Source of the DNA: Longimicrobiales bacterium
GTDB lineage: Bacteria > Gemmatimonadota > Gemmatimonadetes > Longimicrobiales > Gaopeijiaceae
Direction: 5' to 3'
Length of the DNA: 64,000 nucleotides
Assembly (NCBI GenBank): GCA_965203485.1
Contig: OZ241892.1
Coordinates: forward strand, 1,408,001-1,472,000
Part shown: positions 1 through 8,996 of the stretch, piece by piece
How the letters are laid out: every line of letters starts with the position of its first letter
Position numbering within the stretch: position 1 is the stretch's first letter
The notes under the pieces: generated by a model
What the model saw: only the letters and a program-made list of their open reading frames with translations
Databases searched by the model: none
Told to the model about the DNA's origin: nothing
Made by a program: the position numbers and the translations under genes

Positions 1-371
1 TCGCGTTCGGGATTCCCGGACTGACGTTCGTGCTGGCCGGCGTTGCCGTGGGCTTGGCGGCGTCCTACCTGCGCTTCGTCGCCGGAGTGGGGTACCGGCC
101 GCTCATCTACTTGGTCATGCTGCTCGTGACCGTCGGAACGCTGTGCTTCGTGGCGGGCTTTCTCGGCGAGATGGTGGCGTCCGCCGTCGAGCGAGTCGGG
201 GCTCCCGATCCCGCCGCGGCCTCGCGGGCCCGGCGGGGCGTCGGCGCCACGGGGCCGTCGGCCCGGCTCTCGTCAAGGCCGCAAGTCCCGTCGGTCGAGC
301 GCCAAGCGCACCCGCCGGAGCGGCGGGAAGGCGCGAGCGCAACGCGGCGGGACCCGCAGGATACGGGCTGA
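1..371 (+). CDS. C-terminal membrane part of a probable family-2 glycosyltransferase (5'-truncated by window edge)
   Basis: Two hydrophobic helices ending '...GFLGEMVA', typical of the membrane tail of GT2/ArnC-like enzymes. Stop TGA at 369-371. Sits directly upstream of other glycosylation genes. Confidence 0.55.
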   Translation, partial: AFGIPGLTFVLAGVAVGLAASYLRFVAGVGYRPLIYLVMLLVTVGTLCFVAGFLGEMVASAVERVGAPDPAAASRARRGVGATGPSARLSSRPQVPSVERQAHPPERREGASATRRDPQDTG

Positions 372-397
372 GTCGCCCGGCGCCCCGGAACCTCTGC

Positions 398-1549
398 GTG
401 CCCGCCCCCCGCGTCCTCAGCGTGATCGGCACGCGCCCCGAAGCCATCAAGATGCTCCCGGTCGTGCGCGCGCTGGAGGAGCGAGGCGGGACCGAACACC
501 GGGTGGCGCTCACGGGACAGCACCAGATGGCCGCGGGAATCCTGGAGGCGTTTGGCGTCGAGCGGCATTACGACCTCGACATCATGACGCCGGGTCAAGC
601 GTTGCGCGACGTGGGTCCGCGCTGCCTCGACCGCGTGGGCCGCGTCGTCGCGGAGTTCGCTCCCGACGTCGCGATCGTGCAGGGCGACACCGCGACGGTC
701 TTCTTCGCGGGCGTCGCCGCGTTCTTCGAGCGCGCGCGCCTGGCGCACGTCGAGGCCGGGCTGAGGAGCGGCCGCAAGTGGTCGCCGTTTCCCGAGGAAA
801 TGCTTCGTCGCATGACCGACGCCGTGTCGGACTTTTGCTTCGCCCCCACGGCGGAGGCGGCCGAGAACCTGGGCCGCGAAGGCGTCTCGAGCGAGCGCGT
901 GTTCGTCACGGGCAACACCGTGGTGGACGCGATGCAGGCGATGCGGGCGCACCCCGCGCCGGTGCGGGACCGGCAGGTGGCGTGGCTGTTGGCGCGGGCC
1001 GAGGCCGGCGGGCGCTTGGTTCTCTTGACCGCGCACCGGCGCGAGTCGTTCGGGCAGCCGCTGGAATCCGTCTTCGAGGCGGCGGCCGAGCTTGCGCTTC
1101 GCCACGAAGACGTGGCCGTGCTGTACCCGGTGCACCCCAATCCCAACGTTCTGAAGCCGGCGCGGCGCATCTTGAGCGACCGCCCGCGCGTGCACCTGAC
1201 CGGGCCGCTGGCGTACGGCGACCTTCTGCGCGCGCTGGGGCTCGCGGACTTGGTGCTGACGGACTCGGGCGGGATACAGGAGGAGGCATGCGCATTCGGC
1301 GTGCACGTGCTCGTGCTGCGCGAAGTGACCGAGCGCCCGGAAGGAGTGCGGGCCGGGGTGGCCACGCTCGTCGGCACGGACAAGGACGCGATCCTCGCCG
1401 AGGCCGGCCGGCGGCTGGCCCAAGAACGGCCGCGGCACACGGCCGCCAACCCCTACGGAGACGGGCGCGCGGGGAAGCGCATCGCCGACGTGCTGCTCTC
1501 CTCGCTGCTGGGAACGCCGCGCCGGACGCAGGACTGGGAGGGGCCGTGA
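398..1549 (+). CDS. wecB: UDP-N-acetylglucosamine 2-epimerase (non-hydrolysing)
   Basis: Motifs GTRPEAIKM, HVEAGLRS, PFPEE, TGNTVVDA, HRRESFG, TDSGGIQEEA, TERPE, NPYGDG. GTG start at 398 inferred. Confidence 0.93.
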   Translation: MPAPRVLSVIGTRPEAIKMLPVVRALEERGGTEHRVALTGQHQMAAGILEAFGVERHYDLDIMTPGQALRDVGPRCLDRVGRVVAEFAPDVAIVQGDTATVFFAGVAAFFERARLAHVEAGLRSGRKWSPFPEEMLRRMTDAVSDFCFAPTAEAAENLGREGVSSERVFVTGNTVVDAMQAMRAHPAPVRDRQVAWLLARAEAGGRLVLLTAHRRESFGQPLESVFEAAAELALRHEDVAVLYPVHPNPNVLKPARRILSDRPRVHLTGPLAYGDLLRALGLADLVLTDSGGIQEEACAFGVHVLVLREVTERPEGVRAGVATLVGTDKDAILAEAGRRLAQERPRHTAANPYGDGRAGKRIADVLLSSLLGTPRRTQDWEGP

Positions 1550-2697
1550 ACGTCGTCGTCCACTGCGTCTACTTTCCGCCGGAGGTGGGGGGACTCGAGA
1601 GCCACGTGCACTACCTTTGCCGGCGGCTCGCGGCGATGGGCCACGACGTCTCGGTGGTCACGTCTCTGTCGCGGCCGGGCCTGCCGGAGCGCGAGGACGT
1701 GGACGGCGTCCGCGTCCACAGGACGCCGTTGCCCTCGCGAACGCCTGCGGGATGGTTCGCCCATGCGGTGCGCTCGACGCCCGCGACGCGCGCCTTGGTG
1801 GACCGCGCCGACGTCGTGCACGCCCAGGCGTTCCCGTCGATCCTGCCGTGCGCGCTGGCGCTGGCGGGACGAAGCGCGCCCCTGGTGGCAACCCTGCACA
1901 CCTCGCACTTCCTTCGTCTCTGCGAGCGCCGCCTCGCCAAGTGGCCGTTGGGAAGGCTGATCGGCTTGGCCGACCACTGCTTCGCCGCGAGCGGCGAAAT
2001 CGCCCGGGCGGGCGAAGCGCTCAACCCGGCGGTCCGCGTCGAGCCGCTGACGAACGGCGTGGAGACGACCGTGTTCCGTCCAGCGGAGGCCGCTCGCGGC
2101 GGGTCGGCTCGCGGCGGAGACGAAGGCCGGTCGCGGAAGCGCCTCGTCGTGCCGCGAAGGTTGTTCGCCAAGAACGGCGTGGAGTACCTTGTGCGGGCCA
2201 TGCCGTCCATCGTTTCCCGCTCGGACGCCGAGGCGGTTGTCATCGGCGACGGCCCGGAGGGCCCCCGGTTGCGGGAGCTTGCGCGCGAACTCGGAGCGGC
2301 CGACCGGATCGAGTTCCTCGGCGCGCGTCCGCACGAGGAGATGCCGAGCCTTCTCGCCGACGCGGACTTGGCCGTTTTCCCCTCGCTCATGGAGGCGACC
2401 TCGGTCGCCGCACTCGAGGCGATGGCCTGCGGCGTGCCGGTCGCGGCGAGCGCGGTCGGAGGCCTGCCCGAGATCGTGGACGACGACGTCGGGGGCTTGT
2501 TCCCGCCTCGCGATCCGGATGCGCTTGCCGCGACCGTGACCGCGCTTCTAGCGGATCCGGGGTTGTCGGCGCGCGGCGCCCGTGCGAGGCGGCGCGTCGT
2601 GGAACGATGGAGCAACGCGCGCTTGGCGGAGCGCCACGTCGCGGTGTACGAGGCGCTGGCGGGGCGGGGCGCCGCGTCCGGGCGACGCCCGCAATGA
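1546..2697 (+). CDS. Glycosyltransferase family 4 (GT-B)
   Basis: YFPPEVGGLESHV N-terminus, KNGVEYLVRA, FPSLMEATSVAALEAMACG. GTGA overlap with the wecB stop. Confidence 0.9.
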   Translation: MNVVVHCVYFPPEVGGLESHVHYLCRRLAAMGHDVSVVTSLSRPGLPEREDVDGVRVHRTPLPSRTPAGWFAHAVRSTPATRALVDRADVVHAQAFPSILPCALALAGRSAPLVATLHTSHFLRLCERRLAKWPLGRLIGLADHCFAASGEIARAGEALNPAVRVEPLTNGVETTVFRPAEAARGGSARGGDEGRSRKRLVVPRRLFAKNGVEYLVRAMPSIVSRSDAEAVVIGDGPEGPRLRELARELGAADRIEFLGARPHEEMPSLLADADLAVFPSLMEATSVAALEAMACGVPVAASAVGGLPEIVDDDVGGLFPPRDPDALAATVTALLADPGLSARGARARRRVVERWSNARLAERHVAVYEALAGRGAASGRRPQ

Positions 2698-3425
2698 GCG
2701 GCCAGTCCAGCGTGCTCGTCGTCGTTCCCACCTACAACGAGCGCGAAAACCTCCCCCGCGTGGCGCCCCGCGTCCTGGAGCAGGGAGCCCGCTTCCACAT
2801 GCTGGTCGTGGACGACGCCTCGCCCGACGGGACAGGCGCGGTCGCGGACCGTCTTGCGGCGGAGAGCGAGCGCGTGCACGTGCTGCACCGCGACGGCAAG
2901 CTGGGCGTGGGACCTGCGTACGTGGCCGGCTTCGGCTGGGGGCTGGCCAAGCGATTCGGAGCGCTGCTGCAAATGGACGCGGACCTGTCCCACCCTCCAG
3001 AGAAGCTGCCCGAACTCGCCCGCGTGTGCGACGCAACCGGCGTGGCCGTGGGCTCCCGCTACCAGGGCGCCCGCATGACCGTGAAGGACTGGCCGTTGAG
3101 CCGTGTGCTGGTCAGTCGGTGCGGATCCTGGTACGCGCGCCTCGCAACGGGGTTGCCCGTGCGCGACGCGACGGGCGGATTCAACGGCTTCCGGCGCGAC
3201 GTGCTCGAGAAGATCGGCATCGACGGGATCCGATCGAGCGGATACTGCTTTCAGATCGAGCTCAAGTACCGCGCTTGGCGCGCCGGCTTCCAGTTGGGCG
3301 AGGTCCCCTTCGTGTTCGAAGAGCGGCGGGCGGGCAAGTCGAAGATGTCGAAGCGAATCGTCGCCGAGGCGGCGTGGCGGGTCTGGCAACTCCGTTTTCT
3401 GGCCGTGACGGGAAGATTGCAGTGA
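2694..3425 (+). CDS. Polyprenol monophosphomannose synthase (DPM1/Ppm1-like GT2)
   Basis: VVVPTYNERENL, VVDDASPDGTG, QMDADLSH, DATGGF, GYCFQIE, FEERRAGKSKM. ATGA overlap. Confidence 0.9.
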   Translation: MSGQSSVLVVVPTYNERENLPRVAPRVLEQGARFHMLVVDDASPDGTGAVADRLAAESERVHVLHRDGKLGVGPAYVAGFGWGLAKRFGALLQMDADLSHPPEKLPELARVCDATGVAVGSRYQGARMTVKDWPLSRVLVSRCGSWYARLATGLPVRDATGGFNGFRRDVLEKIGIDGIRSSGYCFQIELKYRAWRAGFQLGEVPFVFEERRAGKSKMSKRIVAEAAWRVWQLRFLAVTGRLQ

Positions 3426-3635
3426 CGGCCGCGACCCGGCCCGGCATGCGTTCGCGTGGCGCGACTTGCGGTGCGTGGCCCGGCGGAAAGACTGCGGCCG
3501 AACGCTCCGGCGACGTTGGCCTGTCGTTGCGGCTCCGCGCGCGCCGGTGCGCCCGCTCGGCTTGGCGATCGATTCGTCCGCCCCAGCGCCGGCGCAGCCA
3601 CGTGGGTTTGCACGGCTGCACGACGTAGAGGAACC

Positions 3636-4256
3636 GTGGCGCTTGCGCACCTGTGCTACCGCTGTCCCTGTTGCGGGCGCGACCCCACGACGGGCAAGGG
3701 CAACCGTGTGCGTTGCGGGGCTTGCGGCGCCAGGGTGGAGCGCAGGGGCGGACGGTTGTTGCTCGCGCCGCCCGCGCCGGCGCGGCCGCGCCAAGTGACG
3801 GCGGCGTTCCTCGCCCGCGAGATCGAGGGCCACGGGGGGCCCATGACCCGGGCCACGCGGCCCGACGGCTCGGTGCGGTACTCGGCGAGCGCGCGGATCT
3901 CGTGGCGAGCCGGCCAACGCGCCGTCCGATGGAAGGGTCGGCTCCTGGGTTTCGCGGAGTCCACGGGCAAGGCACGGAGCGGCGTCGTCACGGCTGGGTC
4001 CCGCTCCATCGCCGTCGAGGACCCCGTCGGCGTCGTCCTCGCGGACTACCTGGACATCCGGGCCCTGCAGGGCACGTCGGCGTGCATTCAGATCGCGCTG
4101 TCCGGCGACCGGCTTGTCGAAGCCCGGTTCGACGCGGACTCTCCCAGGCGCTGGGAATCGCTTCTGCGCCGGATGATCCGCGACGCCTACGCGCGCGCGG
4201 GCTTGGGCGCCGTCGTCGAGTTTCAGCCGCGCGTCTCGGCGAAGCGGTCGGCATGA
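3636..4256 (+). CDS. Hypothetical zinc-ribbon protein
   Basis: GAGGAA RBS before GTG 3636. YRCPCCG...RCGACG Cys pairs. Stop overlaps the ATG of the next gene. Confidence 0.65.
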   Translation: MALAHLCYRCPCCGRDPTTGKGNRVRCGACGARVERRGGRLLLAPPAPARPRQVTAAFLAREIEGHGGPMTRATRPDGSVRYSASARISWRAGQRAVRWKGRLLGFAESTGKARSGVVTAGSRSIAVEDPVGVVLADYLDIRALQGTSACIQIALSGDRLVEARFDADSPRRWESLLRRMIRDAYARAGLGAVVEFQPRVSAKRSA

Positions 4257-5416
4257 GGCCCTCGAAGCCGTCCACGCCGAGCCCCACGGGCGCGCCCCCC
4301 GGCGGCCGCCGCCCACGCCGCCGAGGCCGGAGGCCGCCGCGGCCGCACCGCGGCTTGCTGGGCAAGCTCGTGATGGACAAGACGGTGGCTCGCGAGGGCG
4401 GCCGCTCTCGCCCCGGTCGCCCCCGAACCCGGCCCGGCGGCGCCCCCAGGAGGAGTCCGCTGCGTGGATCCGCCGTGCGCCGGCTCGCCGCAACCAAACG
4501 CCGCTTCCCCCGCATCCGCTCGGCCGACGTCCTCGCAGGCATCAAAGCGGCCAACGCCCGCATCCTGATCCGCGCGCGCCGCCGCCTCGCCGGACGTGGC
4601 CGCCCCCGCGGCGTGTCGCACCCGCCTTCGGCGGGGCTGGGACGAGCGCCGCAGCGGGATCGCCGCCGGCCCGGCGCCGGCCGCACGGGCGCCGCACGCC
4701 CTCGAGACACGGCGGAGGCGGGGCGCCCGGTCTTCGGCCCGCCGCTTCGCCACGCCGCCCGTCGCCCGCGGGCCCTCACGTGGTACTCGGTCTTCCGCGG
4801 CGCGGGCAAGGTGGTCGCCGCCGCGTTGACCCGGCTGGAGGTCGAAGGCGCGGAACACGTGCCGGCCGCAGGACCGTTCTTCTTGATCGCCAACCACGGC
4901 AGCGCGCTCGATCCCGTCTTGGTGCAGAGCAGTTGCCCGCGTTCGGTGCACTCGCTTGCCAAGAGCACTCAGTTCTCGAGTCCGCTCAGCGCGTGGGCGT
5001 TGCCCCGCGCCAACGCCGTTCCGGCACGCCGCCACCGAGTCGACCCCCAAGTGGTCCGCACGGTGCTTCGCTTGCTCGCAGACGGGAAGGGGGTGTGCAT
5101 CTACCCCGAAGGCGAGCGAAGCTGGGACGGGACGCTCCAGCCCCTCAGGCGCGGCACCGTTCGTCTGATCCTCAAGGTCGGCGTGCCGGTCGTTCCGTGC
5201 GGCGTCGCGGGTTCGTTCGACGCTTGGCCGCGGTGGAGCGCCGCGCCGTCGCGAATTCCGGTGACCGTCCGGTTTGGTCCTCCGATGCGGTTCGGAGTTC
5301 ACCACGGCCGCGACGAGCGCGAGCGCGCCCTGGACGAAACGAGCCGCAGACTGGCGCAGGCCCTCCGCCGCCTCAGCCGGGGCGCAGGCGCGCAACCGAA
5401 GCGGGTTCAGCCATGA
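4253..5416 (+). CDS. Lysophospholipid acyltransferase (PlsC family) with long Arg/Pro-rich N-terminal extension
   Basis: NHGSALD (HX4D), LAKSTQF, IYPEGERS, VPVVPCGV. ATGA overlap at 4253; true start uncertain. Confidence 0.85.
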   Translation: MRPSKPSTPSPTGAPPGGRRPRRRGRRPPRPHRGLLGKLVMDKTVAREGGRSRPGRPRTRPGGAPRRSPLRGSAVRRLAATKRRFPRIRSADVLAGIKAANARILIRARRRLAGRGRPRGVSHPPSAGLGRAPQRDRRRPGAGRTGAARPRDTAEAGRPVFGPPLRHAARRPRALTWYSVFRGAGKVVAAALTRLEVEGAEHVPAAGPFFLIANHGSALDPVLVQSSCPRSVHSLAKSTQFSSPLSAWALPRANAVPARRHRVDPQVVRTVLRLLADGKGVCIYPEGERSWDGTLQPLRRGTVRLILKVGVPVVPCGVAGSFDAWPRWSAAPSRIPVTVRFGPPMRFGVHHGRDERERALDETSRRLAQALRRLSRGAGAQPKRVQP

Positions 5417-5639
5417 GGACGCCATCGCAGTAGGGACCGATTCGCGGTCCGGGAGAATTCCGCCGAAACCACCACGATTTGCTTGGCCGTCGGACCGACG
5501 CCCGCCGACCGGCCTTCACGAACCGCGAAGCGGACCGGCGCGCCCTGGATGAAACCCGTCCGGGGGAGGCCGGGCGTGCATTCCGGCTTCGCACCCGGCC
5601 CGCGCGGTCTGGACGAGACCCCGTCGCGTCGCAATACTC

Positions 5640-6572
5640 ATGGGCATGCGCTCGATCCTTCTTTGGGCTTCGGAGAACGAGTGGTGCGGGCGGCGACTCC
5701 CGCGCTACCGCTTTGTCAAGCGCGCCGTTCGCCGCTTCATGCCCGGCGAAACGCTGGACGACGCGCTTGGCGCAGCGGCCGAACTGGCTCGCAGGCGGCG
5801 CATCCCGGCTCTCGTCAGCCTCCTGGGCGAGAACGTGAGCCGGGCCGCGGACGCGCAGGCCGTCTCCCGCCATTACGCCGACGCGGCCACGGCCATCGCC
5901 TCGCGGGGCCTGGACGCCGAGGTTTCGCTCAAGCCCACGCATCTGGGGCTGGACATCGGCGCCGACGCGGCCCGCATCAACATCGGGCGCGTCGTCGCGG
6001 CCGCGGCGTCCCGCGGCACGTGGGTGTGGCTGGACATGGAGTACAGCCGGTACGTGGATCCGACGATCGACCTCTACCGGACGCTCCGCGCGGAACACCC
6101 CAACGTCGGCATCTGTCTCCAAGCGTACCTCCATCGGACGCGCGCCGACGTCGAAGCGCTGTTGCCCATGGGCCCAGCGATTCGGCTCGTGAAGGGCGCC
6201 TACGCCGAACCGCCGGACGTGGCCATGGCCCGAAAAGAGGACGTGGACGCGGCGTTCTACGAGCTGGCCTTGCGAATGCTGTCCGCGGACGCCAAGCGCG
6301 CCGGGTTGCGTGCCCGTTTCGCGACGCACGACGGCAAGCTCATTCGCAGGATCGACCGCTGGGTGGACCAGAACGGCGGCGACTGGAGCGCCTTCGAGTA
6401 CCAGATGCTCTACGGCATCGCCACCGCCGAACAGAATCGCTTGGCCGAAGAAGGGAAGGGCGTGCGGGTCCTCGTCAGCTACGGGCGCGACTGGTTCCCC
6501 TGGTACGCGCGTCGTCTGGCAGAGCGTCCGGCCAACATGTGGTTCGTGCTCAGGCACATGGTCCCGGTGTGA
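5640..6572 (+). CDS. Monofunctional proline dehydrogenase
   Basis: RRFMPGET, SLKPTHLGL, WLDMEYS, CLQAYLHRT, RLVKGAY, FATHD, EYQMLYGI, YGRDWFPWYARRLAERPAN. Confidence 0.92.
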   Translation: MGMRSILLWASENEWCGRRLPRYRFVKRAVRRFMPGETLDDALGAAAELARRRRIPALVSLLGENVSRAADAQAVSRHYADAATAIASRGLDAEVSLKPTHLGLDIGADAARINIGRVVAAAASRGTWVWLDMEYSRYVDPTIDLYRTLRAEHPNVGICLQAYLHRTRADVEALLPMGPAIRLVKGAYAEPPDVAMARKEDVDAAFYELALRMLSADAKRAGLRARFATHDGKLIRRIDRWVDQNGGDWSAFEYQMLYGIATAEQNRLAEEGKGVRVLVSYGRDWFPWYARRLAERPANMWFVLRHMVPV

Positions 6573-7771
6573 CGCGCGCGCGCCCCGCGATCCGGCGGAG
6601 GCGGCGAACGGGCAGACCGGCTGGGCCGAGGCTGCTTCCGCTCGGGCTCGCGCTGGGCCTCGCGCTCACGAGCGGGCCTCGAGACGCGACGGCCGCGCTT
6701 CCGGCGGCATCCGCGCAGGCCCGAAGCCAAGCCGCGAAGGTCGAGGCGGCCGCCCACGGCCCGCGCGCCGAATCGATCCGCGCGGCTCGCCGACTGCTCG
6801 ACTCGATCATGGCCGCCGCATCGATCCCGGGACTGTCGGTCGCGGTGGGGAGAGAATCCGAAGTCCTTTGGTCGCAAGGACTTGGGTTCTCCGATCTAAC
6901 GCATGGCGTCATGGCAACGCCGCTAACCAAGTTCCGCGTGGGCAGCGTGTCCAAGCCGATGACGGCGGCAGCCGTTGCTCGCTTGGTGGAAGCCGGCGTC
7001 TTGGATCTCGATGCGCCCGTCCAGACTTACGTGCCTTCGTTTCCCGCGAAGCGCTGGGCGGTGACGACCCGCCAGCTGGCGGGCCACTTGGCGGGCATTC
7101 GCCACTACCGCGGCGCCGAGAACTTCTCGGCAGTGCGGTATCCGACGGTCGCCGCTGGACTAGCGATCTTCGCGGACGACTCCCTGGAGAGCGAGCCGGG
7201 CGTCCGCTTCTCCTACTCGAGCTACGGCTGGAACTTGGTGAGCGCAGTCGTCGAGGGCGCGAGCGGAACGCCGTTCCTGCCATTCATGGACAGCGTGGTG
7301 TTCCGCCCATTGGGCATGCGCCACACGACCGCCGGCCACACCGACAGCATCGTGCCGCACCGGACCCGCTTCTACGTGCGCGGCGAGAACGGCCGCGTCT
7401 TCAACGCGCCCCATGTCGACAACAGCTACAAGTGGGCCGGCGGCGGATTCCTATCGACGCCCGAGGACCTGCTTCGCTTTGCAAGCGCCCACTACGAGCC
7501 GGGCTATCTCGGGGCAGAGACCCTGGAGTTGCTCTTCACGTCTCAGCGCCTCCGCAACGGCGAGGAGACCGGCTACGCCCTCGGCTGGCGGACCGGCCGC
7601 AACGAACTCGGCCAGGAGGTCGTCGGCCACAGCGGCGGCTCCGTCGGCGGCACCACGATACTCACCCTGAATCGAGACACCGGCCTGATCGTCGCCGTGG
7701 TCGCCAACCTGTCGAGCGCCCCCGTGGACGCGGCGCTCGCCGCCAGGCTGGAAGCGCTCTTCGCCGGGTAA
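6569..7771 (+). CDS. Secreted serine hydrolase, beta-lactamase/class C-like family
   Basis: Signal-like hydrophobic stretch. FRVGSVSK (SxxK), HLAGIRHY, FSYSSYGW, GHSGG. GTGA overlap. Confidence 0.88.
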   Translation: MTRARPAIRRRRRTGRPAGPRLLPLGLALGLALTSGPRDATAALPAASAQARSQAAKVEAAAHGPRAESIRAARRLLDSIMAAASIPGLSVAVGRESEVLWSQGLGFSDLTHGVMATPLTKFRVGSVSKPMTAAAVARLVEAGVLDLDAPVQTYVPSFPAKRWAVTTRQLAGHLAGIRHYRGAENFSAVRYPTVAAGLAIFADDSLESEPGVRFSYSSYGWNLVSAVVEGASGTPFLPFMDSVVFRPLGMRHTTAGHTDSIVPHRTRFYVRGENGRVFNAPHVDNSYKWAGGGFLSTPEDLLRFASAHYEPGYLGAETLELLFTSQRLRNGEETGYALGWRTGRNELGQEVVGHSGGSVGGTTILTLNRDTGLIVAVVANLSSAPVDAALAARLEALFAG

Positions 7772-8016
7772 CCAAGTGGGCGATGCGCGTGCTCGTCCAG
7801 TTCGGGTCGCCGCGTATCGTCAAGCGTTGCCCGTCAGCGCGGCCATGACGGCCGAGGGCGCAGGTTCAGCGAACTCAGCCCCTCGGTCCGCGACTCCACA
7901 CCGTGCAGGCCGGCGACGTTGCTCCGGCAGGCGCGAGCATCGCGGTGCGTCGTCCAGCCAAGCCGGGGGGGCGGGGGGGCGAATCATCGCCAAGCCGGAA
8001 AAGAACGATTCGAACA

Positions 8017-8044
8017 ACTTGACATAATACATATTATATGAACT
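8017..8044 (-). other. XerCD dif-like chromosome dimer resolution site
   Basis: Minus strand reads AGTTCATATAA-TATGTA-TTATGTCAAGT (11-6-11). Compare E. coli dif GGTGCGCATAA-TGTATA-TTATGTTAAAT; the XerD arm matches at 9/11. It is an isolated AT-rich intergenic patch, and gene orientation converges here. Confidence 0.85.
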
Positions 8045-8213
8045 TCATAACGAATGATTGCAACGGGCTCTTCGGGCGGTATCGCGGCCTCCGGCACGGC
8101 CCGGGGCGGCCTTTCGCTTCGCCACCGTGCGCCTCCGCTCGGCGCACTCCTCAGATCGGGCCTGCAACCAGCGCGAAGCAGTCCCGCAGGTCGCTGGGCG
8201 GCTCCGGCTCGTT

Positions 8214-8915
8214 TCAGCGGATCGCAGCCGCCGCCTCCGCTCGGCGCAACTCGATCAGGCTTGCGGTCGGCCCGAGGTCTTCCGGCGATTCGAGAAGGCG
8301 GTCGTAGAGTGCGAGCGCGCCCGCGTGGTCGCCCCTCGCTTGGCGCATGCGGGCCGCCGAGGCGAGCGCGTCGCGGGCGTGGAAGCCGAGGTCGTCCCGG
8401 TCGGCCAAGCGCATGTACAGGGCTTCCGCGCCTTGCTGGTTGCCCAGGTCCTCGAAGACGCCCGCGAGCTGCGCCGCCGCCTGGGCGCCCAAGGGGCGGC
8501 CCACGTCCCGGGCAATGGGTTCCAAGACCTGGGCGGCCGCATCGCTCTCTCCTTCGCTCACCAGAGCTTGGGCCAGCGCCAGCCTCGCCTCGCCGGCGAA
8601 CTGCGTGCTGCCGTACCGTTCCAGGAAGACCTCCAGGTCGGCCCGAACGCCGTCCTGTTGCCCGGCGTCGATGCGTTGCTGGAGGCTTTCCAGCTGGACG
8701 GCCGCGTCCGCTCGCAACGTCTGGCGGTAACTGGCGTAGTAGACCAGCGAGACGACGGAGACGGCCACGACTACGAGCAGCAGTCCCAACAGGGTCCTAT
8801 TGCGCCTGGCCCAGTCCGTCGCTCGGACCGTCGCCGAGACGAACGCGTCCTCGTCGGTCGCGACGGACGGCTCGGGCTCGTTGCGGTGGGTGGCGGGCTT
8901 GCGATAAATGGCCAT
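8214..8915 (-). CDS. Membrane-anchored TPR protein (YfgM-like)
   Basis: GGAGG RBS before ATG 8915. 'WARRNR' followed by a single TM helix and TPR-like helical repeats. Confidence 0.7.
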   Translation of the reverse strand: MAIYRKPATHRNEPEPSVATDEDAFVSATVRATDWARRNRTLLGLLLVVVAVSVVSLVYYASYRQTLRADAAVQLESLQQRIDAGQQDGVRADLEVFLERYGSTQFAGEARLALAQALVSEGESDAAAQVLEPIARDVGRPLGAQAAAQLAGVFEDLGNQQGAEALYMRLADRDDLGFHARDALASAARMRQARGDHAGALALYDRLLESPEDLGPTASLIELRRAEAAAAIR

Positions 8916-8996
8916 CCGGCGGTTTCCTCCAGGGGTGGTCGTCCAAGGTCGGCTTTGCACGTTGCGGGAACGTCGTCGCAAACCCATATTGCTGAG

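Noticed and set aside
8019..8048. TTGACA at 8019 as a sigma70 promoter or repressor operator
   Set aside because: The hexamer is part of the XerD-like arm and the 11-6-11 dif architecture explains the patch. No + strand gene follows closely.
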